The position numbers were made by a program, and so were the translations under genes. From Octopus bimaculoides (lineage: Eukaryota), in contig NC_068985.1 in assembly GCF_001194135.2 (NCBI RefSeq), positions 79,583,819 to 79,647,818 of the forward strand: a stretch of DNA of 64,000 bases. Direction: 5' to 3'. Below are positions 11,974 through 22,899 of the stretch, piece after piece. The notes under the pieces are model-generated. The model had not been told where the DNA came from. It searched no databases and saw only the letters and a program-made list of their open reading frames with translations. The first letter of the stretch is position 1; every line of letters begins with the position of its first letter.

Positions 11974-12909
11974 NNNNNNNNNNNNNNNNNNNNNNNNNNN
12001 NNNNNNNNNNNNNNNNNNNNNNNNNNNNNNNNNNNNNNNNNNNNNNNNNNNNNNNNNNNNNNNNNNNNNNNNNNNNNNNNNNNNNNNNNNNNNNNNNNNN
12101 NNNNNNNNNNNNNNNNNNNNNNNNNNNNNNNNNNNNNNNNNNNNNNNNNNNNNNNNNNNNNNNNNNNNNNNNNNNNNNNNNNNNNNNNNNNNNNNNNNNN
12201 NNNNNNNNNNNNNNNNNNNNNNNNNNNNNNNNNNNNNNNNNNNNNNNNNNNNNNNNNNNNNNNNNNNNNNNNNNNNNNNNNNNNNNNNNNNNNNNNNNNN
12301 NNNNNNNNNNNNNNNNNNNNNNNNNNNNNNNNNNNNNNNNNNNNNNNNNNNNNNNNNNNNNNNNNNNNNNNNNNNNNNNNNNNNNNNNNNNNNNNNNNNN
12401 NNNNNNNNNNNNNNNNNNNNNNNNNNNNNNNNNNNNNNNNNNNNNNNNNNNNNNNNNNNNNNNNNNNNNNNNNNNNNNNNNNNNNNNNNNNNNNNNNNNN
12501 NNNNNNNNNNNNNNNNNNNNNNNNNNNNNNNNNNNNNNNNNNNNNNNNNNNNNNNNNNNNNNNNNNNNNNNNNNNNNNNNNNNNNNNNNNNNNNNNNNNN
12601 NNNNNNNNNNNNNNNNNNNNNNNNNNNNNNNNNNNNNNNNNNNNNNNNNNNNNNNNNNNNNNNNNNNNNNNNNNNNNNNNNNNNNNNNNNNNNNNNNNNN
12701 NNNNNNNNNNNNNNNNNNNNNNNNNNNNNNNNNNNNNNNNNNNNNNNNNNNNNNNNNNNNNNNNNNNNNNNNNNNNNNNNNNNNNNNNNNNNNNNNNNNN
12801 NNNNNNNNNNNNNNNNNNNNNNNNNNNNNNNNNNNNNNNNNNNNNNNNNNNNNNNNNNNNNNNNNNNNNNNNNNNNNNNNNNNNNNNNNNNNNNNNNNNN
12901 NNNNNNNNN

Positions 12910-12946
<37 letters not shown>
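11885..12946. repeat. (AG)n, N-gap 11974-12909, then (TA)n
   Basis: Read directly. Confidence 0.98.
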
Positions 12947-12949
<3 letters not shown>

Positions 12950-13039
12950 CAAGGTCTTCAAGCAAGGTAAGTTATCAATATGTAGTATATAAATGTTTCT
13001 AATACAAGGTATGAAAGTTGGGTGATAGATCAAGTGAAT

Positions 13040-13920
13040 CGTATCAGCCCCAGTACTTGAGCAGTTTATATTATCGACCCCAAACGGATGAAAGTTACAG
13101 TTGATCTCGGTGGGATTTGAACTCAGAAGGCAAAGATCCTAAAGAAATGCCGTTAAGAATTTTTCCGATGTGCTAACCATTCCGGCAGTTCTCCGTCTTG
13201 TGCAGTATATAATCCTCACTATTATAGGCAAAAGGCCTGAAATTCAGAGGGAGAAGACTAGTGGATTACATTGAACCCATGCTTGACTGCTATTTAATTT
13301 ATTGATCTCGGTGTGATGAAAGGTTAAGTTGACTTAGGCACCATTTGAATTCAGAGCGTAAAGTGTCGGAAGAGAAATCGCTAAGCATATTTTCTGACAC
13401 GTTAAAGATTCTGTCTGCTGGCCACCTCATTATGCAGTATTTGGTAAGCTGAATGTGTTGCTAAATGACAGAATGCCTATATGTTTCCAAAAATGGTTTT
13501 AAAATTTTGACACAGGGCCAGCAGATTTTCTTTGTTTTTGAAGGAAGTGTGAAGTCGATTACATTGGCTCCAGTACTTGACTAGTATTTATTTTATCGAC
13601 CGAAAGTAGATGAAAGGCAGAGTAGACCTTGGCCGAATTAGAACTTAAATCCTAAAGACGGACGAAATCCTGCTAAGCATTTTTTCCGGTGTGCTAATTG
13701 TTCTGCTAGCTTGCCTCTTTATATGTTTGCAATAAAATTGGCTTCAAATTTTGGCGCACGGCCAGCAATTCTGAAGGTTGGTTTATATCGACTTCAATGC
13801 TCAACGTGTACTTATTTTATCGACTGCGAAAAGGATGAAAAGCAAAGTCGACCTCTGCGGAATTTTAATTCAGATCGTAAAGAGGGACGAAATGCTGCTA
13901 AATGTTCTGCTAGCTTGTCA
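13040..13920 (-). mobile_element. array of four degenerate SINE family A copies
   Basis: The core (..GAAAG..AAAGTCGACCTC.GCGGAATTT.AAC/TTCAGA) recurs at about 13040-13200, 13215-13430, 13520-13715 and 13740-13920, all in the same orientation. Confidence 0.8.
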
Positions 13921-14346
13921 TCTTATGTATTTGCCATAATATGAAGTTTTACCTTGATATCCAATATGTATGTGACAATGTATTCCAAATGTCTCGTTTC
14001 AACTATCGACGGAGGCTCAAGGTTTTTGGCAAGGCTTTATGTCTACTGTATCGTGATATCCCTTGCATGTTGACACAGATCCGTAATGGACTAATATTCT
14101 TGATCGATATTTTACTTTATTGACTTTTGAAGGAAGAAAAGTAAATTCGACTTTGGTGATAATTGAACTTAGAACGTAAATAGCAATGGATAAAACTGAA
14201 CCTAATATTTGATTGATACTTCATATAACACTGTGTAACATGATTTTTGTCCATGGATAAGCAACAGTGATTTCCTATTCGCTTACTCTTAGAAAGTATG
14301 AAAATAGCTAATATTGAAACCTTCCTTTCCTTACATTTACTGAAAT

Positions 14347-14508
14347 CCCAAAGAATCCCTCTAAACACATGGCTATGATGCTCTCCCATTACTCCTGCTC
14401 ATGATCAGAGATACACGTATTGTCATCCCCCAAGGGACTTGCTCAAGTCGTTAATGCCAAGCAAATGACAATGAAATCTATGGTATTGAACAGAATATTT
14501 GCTATAAC
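14347..14508 (-). mobile_element. non-autonomous interspersed element, family D (fragment)
   Basis: The reverse complement aligns to 42780-42945 (GTTA.AGCAAATATTCTG.TCA.TACCA.AGATTT...CATAGCCATGT). Confidence 0.75.
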
Positions 14509-14699
14509 GATATTTCTGCTTCAGCAAGTGAGCGCTGAATCTGCTTGAAGTATAATGGAAAATAGGTCAGTTTCCAAACATTAATGTGCAAGTCATAAAA
14601 GCAAAGTTTGACGGAAATAGTAATTTCCTTTGATTTCTAAATAGAAGCAAATCCGAAATAACACGGTTCAAAGACAAAAAGAAAAGAAAATCCACAAAT

Positions 14700-14845
14700 T
14701 TTGTTGTATAGTGTAATCGAGCTCGGAAGGATAATAAACAAAGTTGATCTACGTGATATTTGAACTCAGAAAGTAAAGACCTACAACAAATATTGCAAGA
14801 TATATGGTCAGACACTTAAGCGATTCTGCCAACGCATTGCGTTTC
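14700..14845 (-). mobile_element. SINE family A, degenerate
   Basis: Contains AAAGTTGATCTACGTGATATTTGAACTCAGAAAGTAAAGAC and the CGATTCTGCCA module. Confidence 0.6.
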
Positions 14846-15388
14846 AGCCATGTATTGATTAACTATATTTAACAGATTAACTATATGACAGCTTTCGCTG
14901 CAGGATACAACATCATTAGTTGTCGACTTGAAATCATCATTATCACACCATTTTCAGACCTTTTCCCTCCTATCCACATGAAATTATTACGCAGAAATAT
15001 CCCTGGCTTCATGTGTTCTGTTATTTCATTTATTATTATATCTTTTCCTTTTTAATTTTAGATCAGTAATGGTGAATATTAGCGTCGTTCATTTTAGGTT
15101 TCCCTGAAGTCAATCGCCGGCTCGCTGCATTTCAGGGGACTAGAGTAAGAAGGGAGTGTCTGTTGAAAGAGCAGCATTGGTTCTTCGTTGATGTTTACGT
15201 CTATGACAGATGCACACGCACAAAATAAAACATTGCACACGCCGTTGCACATGCAGATACACGCATATACCTAGCGTCTATCAGTTTATCTACATACATA
15301 TATGTATATATACGATATGTATATGTGTATGTGTATGTATGTATGTATGTATATACGTATAGTGTATGTATGCATGTATGTATGTATG

Positions 15389-15443
<55 letters not shown>

Positions 15444-15619
15444 TGATATATCATCCTCTGTGTCAATTTATTTTTACTCTACACTTGCAGTTTCAAACGT
15501 TTATTTTTGTCGTTCTTTATATGCTGTTTTTGTAATTTCATTATCATAAGGAATTTCATATCTTTCATTTGTATCTTCATCATCGTCACTGCCTACTCCA
15601 TAATATTCAAAGCACGATA

Positions 15620-15656
<37 letters not shown>

Positions 15657-15925
15657 CCGCGCACGCGCACGTGTGTGCGTGTGTGTGTGTGTTTGTATAT
15701 ATGTAAGTATGTATATATGTATTTGTGTCCATATTTACATGTATACATATATGAATATATATATATGTTGTCTGTCTCGTTTCTCTGTTCTTTTTCGTTG
15801 TTCGAAAAATATTCGTTTTCTATGTTTTCGTTTCTCATTGTGTTTAACGTTTTGTTTTTTTTATGTATACATATATGCATGTATATATACATATAGATGT
15901 AGGAATGTACATATATGTATGCATA

Positions 15926-17400
15926 CATGCATTCTCCGAGCCTTCTGGCGACTCCAGTCCAACCCCTCCACTTCGCAAATCATCTCTAACCGACCCTCCC
16001 CTCCTTCAAACGAGCTCACAACCTGCGAGACTTCTTGGTCCACAGCTTCTTCCCTAATCCAATCTCCTAACCCGGATCGTTACCCTGCTCCTGCCCATGC
16101 TGCCGAACTTGCCCTTACCTCTCCAACACCATCCTCCTCACCGGCACCCATCATCGACCCTATCATATCACCGACTCCTTCACCTGCACTTCTACTAATG
16201 TCATCTATTGCATCTCTTGCGCTCTCTGCCCTTCTGTATACATCGGGCAAACGGGACGCCGCTTGGCTGACCGGTTCCCGGAACACCTCCGAGACATCCG
16301 ACTTGGCAATGACACCCCGGTCTCGCGCCATTTCCGTTCTACCGGTCACTCTTTGCAACACCTTTCTGTGTTCGGGTTGTCCTTGCAGAGGGNNNNNNNN
16401 NNNNNNNNNNNNNNNNNNNNNNNNNNNNNNNNNNNNNNNNNNNNNNNNNNNNNNNNNNNNNNNNNNNNNNNNNNNNNNNNNNNNNNNNNNNNNNNNNNNN
16501 NNNNNNNNNNNNNNNNNNNNNNNNNNNNNNNNNNNNNNNNNNNNNNNNNNNNNNNNNNNNNNNNNNNNNNNNNNNNNNNNNNNNNNNNNNNNNNNNNNNN
16601 NNNNNNNNNNNNNNNNNNNNNNNNNNNNNNNNNNNNNNNNNNNNNNNNNNNNNNNNNNNNNNNNNNNNNNNNNNNNNNNNNNNNNNNNNNNNNNNNNNNN
16701 NNNNNNNNNNNNNNNNNNNNNNNNNNNNNNNNNNNNNNNNNNNNNNNNNNNNNNNNNNNNNNNNNNNNNNNNNNNNNNNNNNNNNNNNNNNNNNNNNNNN
16801 NNNNNNNNNNNNNNNNNNNNNNNNNNNNNNNNNNNNNNNNNNNNNNNNNNNNNNNNNNNNNNNNNNNNNNNNNNNNNNNNNNNNNNNNNNNNNNNNNNNN
16901 NNNNNNNNNNNNNNNNNNNNNNNNNNNNNNNNNNNNNNNNNNNNNNNNNNNNNNNNNNNNNNNNNNNNNNNNNNNNNNNNNNNNNNNNNNNNNNNNNNNN
17001 NNNNNNNNCAAACCTCACAACACCACATCACATCACACCACTACGCACACACTAGCAATGACCACTTCCCAGCCCCACACCATCATCCACACACCTAGAT
17101 ATACACACACGCACGCGTCGTGGTCACTAGCCCTCTTCCACACGCACATACATGCTCTTTTATACATACGCACGCACACCTTCTTTTTGGGATCACCACT
17201 ACATTATTACCTCCCCTTCTTCATAGCTCTCCTGTGTGATCCCTCTGTCCAGCAGTCGCCATGATAGATCGCTAGCCACTACATATTCTTTATTTTCTCC
17301 CCCTGTTCCTTTTTGTGTTCCTTTCTGTGGAAGAGCGTAGGCTCGAAACGTTAAAGACTTTTTCACTTCCTGAGCGTTAAACTACACCACCTGTCTTTTG
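15926..17400 (+). mobile_element. Penelope-like element 3' part (GIY-YIG endonuclease fragment, gap, terminal repeat)
   Basis: FKRAHNLRDFLVHS...PCSCPCCRTCPY...DSFTCTSTNVIYCISCALCPSVYIGQTGRRLADRFPEHLRDIR...VSRHF, a GIY-YIG motif at 16200-16247, with one frameshift and one stop. N-gap at 16393-17008. Hammerhead-like motif at 17321-17356. Confidence 0.92.
17321..17356 (+). ncRNA. candidate minimal hammerhead ribozyme with a variant core
   Basis: CTTT-CTGTGGAA-GAGC-GTAG-GCTC-GAAAC-GTT-AAAG: stem II is GAGC/GCTC, stem I is CTTT/AAAG, and AACGTT is a palindromic stem III. It lies at the end of a Penelope-like element. Confidence 0.6.
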
Positions 17401-19344
17401 TTTTTTTGTGAATTCTCCGCTATATACATGTATACACGGATATTGACACATATATGTGTATGTATGTGTATGTGTATGTATGTATACATGTATATGTATT
17501 TATGAGTGTATATATGTATATATGTATGTACGTACGTATTTATATGTGTATGTATGTGTGTGTTTGTGTGGCATGGTGTGTGTCTGTGCATACGTGTGCA
17601 TTTATATTTGTAGTTAATGAGAATCAGCATTTGAAACGTGAGGCACAATTTCTTGGTAATGATCACAATATAAGAAATATACGTTACTGCTTGTATGCTG
17701 GTATACGTTTGCGTAGCAAAGAATATGTGATATTCGTGTTCGCGTCTGTGCCTCTGTATTTGTGTGTTATTATACCGATCTAATTTTGTTCATGTTTTCG
17801 TTATTCTCTTGAGATGTGACTTAAGCTCTGTAGACGATTGATTTAGGCATTTGCCATAAAAGTGGACAATTTGCCTGCTTCTCGAAATTACATTCTCCTC
17901 CCTGTATGATGCTCTAAATACATCATCAGAGTTTGCTTTTTATTATATTACCGATATTTATTGTGCAACAGGAGCTGATGTTCTCGGGCGCCATTTTAAT
18001 TTCATTCTCAAATGAATGCTCACTTCCAAAATGTCAAATTTCTCTTCTGTATGTATACCATGTTATCAAACGCATGAGCTCATATTATTTGTGCCTTGCT
18101 GGGAAACATTCTTTAATTGACGATGCTATGAACAACGTAATTTCAGGAACTACTGAAATTACGATTCTGTTTAACTGTGAATTGCTGTTGTTATTTAACT
18201 TCGGGTTAATCGCGGCCAATCTACCTTTATTTTCAGACGCACTGCATCTCAAATTATCATTATCCAATGCTTCTTTCTTATCTAATACGATAGGGCGTGA
18301 CTTTAGGGGCATTTGGCACCAGTTTCTAGCAGATTGATCAACTACGTGAACGTTACCTTATTGACAAGTAGTTAGCAAGTCAGGCAATTGTTCATATCTG
18401 ACGATTTGTTACGCATTTATTTCATGTTGTTAACTAAATCTTTAATTGTTTCAGGTGAAAGGATGATTAGAGTTTTATATGTGATATGTAATCAAAGACT
18501 TCAATCATGACAACACCGATTTATTTGGGATATGTAGAAAAATATAATTTAACATATTCTTTCATTTTCATTAAGATGGAACGATGGGATTTGTGGACGT
18601 TATGGCAGTTCAGGAGCATCATAAAATTTCAGCAATCATTCTCCTAGCTCAACGAGACTCTGATCAGAGGCTACCGAGTTGGCTCATCAATAATGAATTT
18701 TTGATGATTAGATTCATGCTAACCATTGGGTAAATTAGATTGGTCATGGGTGTATTATAAAACATTCTTTGCAGCTAGTTCGTTAATCTATTATGGGTGT
18801 GTTAAAGATTCTTGTGATGCTTTTCTGTTGATCAAACTTACTGCCAAGAATACATTATATATGCAAATTGGTTTATGTAATTTACTTGAGCCCTTAATAA
18901 CAGTGAGTTTCTAAGCAGTGTTTCCGCGCTTAAGTTATTAACTAAATTTTTAATAATTTTATGTGAGAAGGCAGTTAGTCTTAAATGCGATATATAATCA
19001 AAAGCGGTCTACCTGTGTCCGCATTAACTTTTTGGGGACATCGAAGACAACATTATCTAATATGTCCTTTCCTTTTTAAATTGGTAGAGTCTGTTTTAGT
19101 GGAGGTCATGGCAGGTGAGCAATATCAATATTTCAAAAACTTGTGTTTCTGCAGATGAAATTTCAACACAAATTTGAAACTTGCTCGCATCGATTCTTTA
19201 ATTTTATATAAAGACAAGATGTCTGTTATATACATTTATTTCATATAGTGTTGGTTAAAAATCTATAGATACATTTTGTTGTATAGTTTAGTATTGAAAC
19301 AAAAACAATGCACCAATAATTTAATAATGTGTGTAATAAATACT

Positions 19345-19560
19345 CTGTTAGCCATCGATGTTGTTTAGTTCTTAGCCTCTGGTCAGACCTGATAATGCAA
19401 ACCTCTTTTGAGAGGAGGCGCAACAATGTTCATACTGTTCTTGTTTTCAAATATAGTGAATCCATGACAGAATATTTCGAATAATTATTTTCTTTTTAAA
19501 GGCAGTAGTGTCTGAGTTGAGGATTTGGCTGCTACTTTTAGCTGATCGAAGCTTCCTCGT
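19345..19560 (+). mobile_element. interspersed SINE-like family C
   Basis: Motif ...GGTCAGACCTGAT...CCTTTT.AAG..GGTAG.GTGTGATTTGAGG.A.ATTTGGCTGCTA.TT.TAGC. Related copies at about 18990-19115, 21070-21245, 21400-21600, 22930-23090, 31530-31680 and 38135-38320 (+), and 24180-24340 and 59880-60010 (-). Confidence 0.65.
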
Positions 19561-19721
19561 TTACCTATCGTTGTAGAGGTCTCTATTTTTGATCAAGCAA
19601 ACATATGACCAAAAGAGTTCCAACCGAGCTAGTGCTGACATATTTTCAAACATAGAGCATCTTCATTCATTTTTTAAAAACGAGTGTATTATTTCTTTAC
19701 TACCCACAAGGGGCTACACAC

Positions 19722-19910
19722 AGAGGGGACAAACAAGGACAGACAAACGGATTAAGTCGATTATATCGACCCCAGTGCGTAACTGGTACTTATTTAATCG
19801 ACCCCGAAAGGATGAAAGGCAAAGTCGACCTCGGCGGAATTTGAACTCAGAACGTAGCGGCAGTCGAAATACCGCTAAGCATTTCGCCCGGCGTGCTAAC
19901 GTTTCTAACG
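19722..19910 (-). mobile_element. SINE family A, young copy
   Basis: Near reverse complement of 7618-7810, including the GTTTGTCTGTCCTTGTTTGTCC 3' module. Confidence 0.9.
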
Positions 19911-20090
19911 AGTGTATGACTCGTGGGAGATTTAACTCCAGTTTCTAACAAGTTAAGTAATCATATTGAGATTACTGGCACGCAAGTAATTGTTTTTATA
20001 TCTGAAGATATATTAGACTTTCATCCGCTCACATTATTAACTGTATTTTTTATAATTTTTTATGAGAGGATGGTTAGAGTCTTAAATATA

Positions 20091-20161
20091 CAGTAACTCC
20101 TCGCCATATCGCGGTTTACCTATCGCGGTTTACCTATCGCGGTTTACCTATCGCGGTTTAT
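20091..20161 (+). mobile_element. pogo/Tigger-like terminus with a tandem 14-mer
   Basis: TA|CAGTAACTCCTCGCCA is followed by about four copies of TATCGCGGTTTACC. Confidence 0.5.
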
Positions 20162-20214
20162 TATCTAATTTTACGTCGATTCCTCCATGGTGTTGTATTG
20201 CATTTATACTAACA

Positions 20215-20720
20215 CTAGACTACCCGTGACCCGTTGGGTCACCGGGGAAAGTCTGAGTTTCCCAGCAACGGAATTTTGTTTTGTGGGTTTTTCTTTTCCA
20301 TGTTATTTCGCATGCTTTCGACGAATGTGACATCGAAATCACACATAAATGGCTCCTTTCCCCAGAAAAGAAAGATTTGTCTGCTACCACGTAACAGGTA
20401 TTTCGGGTCATTCATTGCAAATAGCTGGTACGTGGTGGCAGGGTGTGCTAGAAATTACAGCCAAATCTTTGGAGGTGAGATACGTTGAATGCACTCGAAA
20501 GAAACCAATGGAAAAAAACTATTTCATACCGAGGTTAAGAACGGTTCTTTTACGAAATAGTTTTAGAGTCATTGCAACTAAAAAATATTTTGCCCACCAT
20601 AATGAGTCTAATGGAAAGGATAGAGTTTCTTCCCTTTCAGGATTAAGTTACTTTCGGAGTATTTTCCCATTATGCACCGTTTTGAGTATTTATATCCAAA
20701 ACACCGAATATCTCTATAAC
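20215..20720 (-). mobile_element. Helitron-like non-autonomous element (3' end defined)
   Basis: The minus strand ends with a GC-rich hairpin (CCCGGTGACCC-AAC-GGGTCACGGG), 4 nt, then CTAG followed by T. The distal boundary is uncertain. Confidence 0.6.
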
Positions 20721-21624
20721 TAGTAGTCCGATTTACGCGAAACTTGTTTTATTCCATTCGTATTCACATTTAAGAGACACTTTACTTTCAAAGTATTTTA
20801 GTAATGTTCATTTTAGCAACGCTAATGTTAAATGAATATAAGGCTGTTAATGTTATGTAATAAAATGTGAGTACACCAGACGTACACTTTCTTCTGATTT
20901 TATGTTTAACTGAAATCGGACGGTGAATATGTAATGGAGGCAGGAAATAAAGGATGTAAGGTCAAGAAACATTGATATATAGCATAGAATTTTGTTCTTC
21001 GCCTGTCTAGGTTACGCAGTCCTACTAACTTACATACTCTAGCTTCATCATCCTTGTCGTCATCGTCGTTGTTAAGGCTTTGCCCTAACCTGTTCCTGAT
21101 TAATTAGATATATGGTTAAAGGCAATCCAGCTATGATCAAACCTTTTTTTTCCCCGAATATATTGTATCTCGGACGATATAATTCACTGTATAATTTTTA
21201 AAGACTGCAGAGTGCAGGTTGAGGGACAATTTGGTACTATATCGGATTGTGATCACGCTTTTTTCTTCGACTCACGGTTTCATCGTAGTTACCAAAGTTA
21301 AGACCGAACAAATCGTTCTTATTTGTCGAACATAGTAATCTATCATAATAAAAGTTCCATGACATATAATATTATTTCATTATTGCTGCTATTATTTGTA
21401 TTTAGCTCCAGGTCAGTCCTGATTAAACTCATTTGCTTTCGAAAGCGTTCTAGCCGTGACAATCCTGTCCTTATCTTTTAAGCAAACTATCTAAGTATAG
21501 ATTATCCAATATATTCTTTGTTTTTGTAAGACAACAGGAAATAATTTGCGAAACCTGTAGCTACTACTTCTAGTATATCATATCACCACCTAGCAGCTCC
21601 GTTGTTGAAATGAAATTGTCTTTA

Positions 21625-22899
21625 TCAGGTCATTAAGAATGAAATGTCCGATTTTGAACTGAAAGTTTATTTTAATTTAACTCAACAAAAAACAATGCAG
21701 TCAATCAAAGATTGTACCTAAATTATCAATACAATTTTGTCATTGTATCAGTAGCTTATTTATGCCAGCAGCGAAGAATTCTGGAGAGCAAGAGGTAATG
21801 AAATCATGAAAGGCTGTTTTTGCATCTTTTTCAGATTTAAAGCTTTTTCCTTGCAAAAAGTTGTCTAATGCCTGAAAAACTTGATAGTCAGGTGGTGCAA
21901 GGTCTGGCGAATATGGTGGATGACAGAGTACTTCCAAGTTCAGTTCCTGAACTTGAGTAGCGTTCTTTGTGCAACATATGGTCGAGCAATGTCTTGCAAG
22001 AGAATTGGCCTGTCTCTATTGACCAATCTCGGTTGTTTAATTACAATTCACTCATCATTTCATCCAATTGGTTGATGTATACATCCGCTGTAGTTGAATT
22101 ACCAGGTCTCATGAAGCTGTAGTTGATGACACCAGCGCTGAACCACCAAATAGACACCATTAGCTTTTTTTCTTTTTTTTGGTGAATATTCTTTGGCACT
22201 TCGTCTCTATCCAACCACTTTGCAGAACGCTTGCTATTGTTGAAAAATATCCATTATTCATCACACGTAACAATATAATGCACAAATGGTTCGCTTTTAT
22301 GCCGTGACAGCAAAGAACAGCCAGTTTCAAGACGATGTGTCTTTGATGCTCGTTCAGTTCGTGTGGTACCCACTTGTCCAGCTTCTTTACCTTGCAGATT
22401 CGTTTCAGATTGTCTAATACAGTTGGAATCGAAACATCAAACCTTACTGCTAATTCACGCGTAGTTTCAGATGTATCCGCTCCCAATACAGTTTCCAGCT
22501 CAACATTATCTACCTTGATCTCAGGTCTACCACGGTGCTGATTTTCAAGAGTAAAGTTACCAGACTGGAACTTCTCAAAACTTCGACGTACAGTGCGCTC
22601 ATTCGCCACATCTTCACCAAATATCTCATTGATGTTTCGAGCTGTCTGGGATGCATTGCTTTCACGACAGAACTCATATTCATAAACAACACGAAGTTTT
22701 TATCTGTCCATAGGTTCACAAAAATTGATCTACAAGAGGTAACTTACAATATAACCAGACACCATAAATTGCATTTCGAAAAGCGATGATGTAACTCTTC
22801 AATGAGTGAAACAAAGAATTTTCAGGATAAAACATTAGAGCTAATGACTATCAATCTTGGAGCATGTGAAAATCAGACATTTTATTCTTAATGACCTAA
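21625..22899 (-). mobile_element. full-length inactivated mariner (DD34D-type) transposon, about 1.28 kb
   Basis: Matching TIRs (T[C/T]AGGTCATTAAGAAT[G/A]AAATGTC[C/T]GATTTT) at both ends, with TA at 21623-21624 and 22900-22901. The transposase motifs WVPHEL and HPPYSPDLAPPDY are present, with stops and frameshifts. Confidence 0.95.

Noticed and set aside
11796-13033. Long ORFs of 200-480 aa here and at 15619-17264, 34837-35595 and 49900-51042
   Set aside because: They consist of N-gaps and dinucleotide repeats. Only the GIY-YIG part near 16200-16392 is real coding sequence.
17933-18337. 134-aa hydrophobic ORF (+) and the overlapping 75-aa ORF (-)
   Set aside because: No recognisable motif or convincing paired splice sites; T-rich strands readily give such hydrophobic ORFs.
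19088-19117. Micro-exon ending CAG|GTGAGC
   Set aside because: It lies within the 3' module of repeat family C.
20107-20161. CRISPR-like array (also considered for 38240-38610 and 47258-47908)
   Set aside because: The repeats are contiguous or only two in number, with no unique spacers and no cas genes, in a eukaryotic context.
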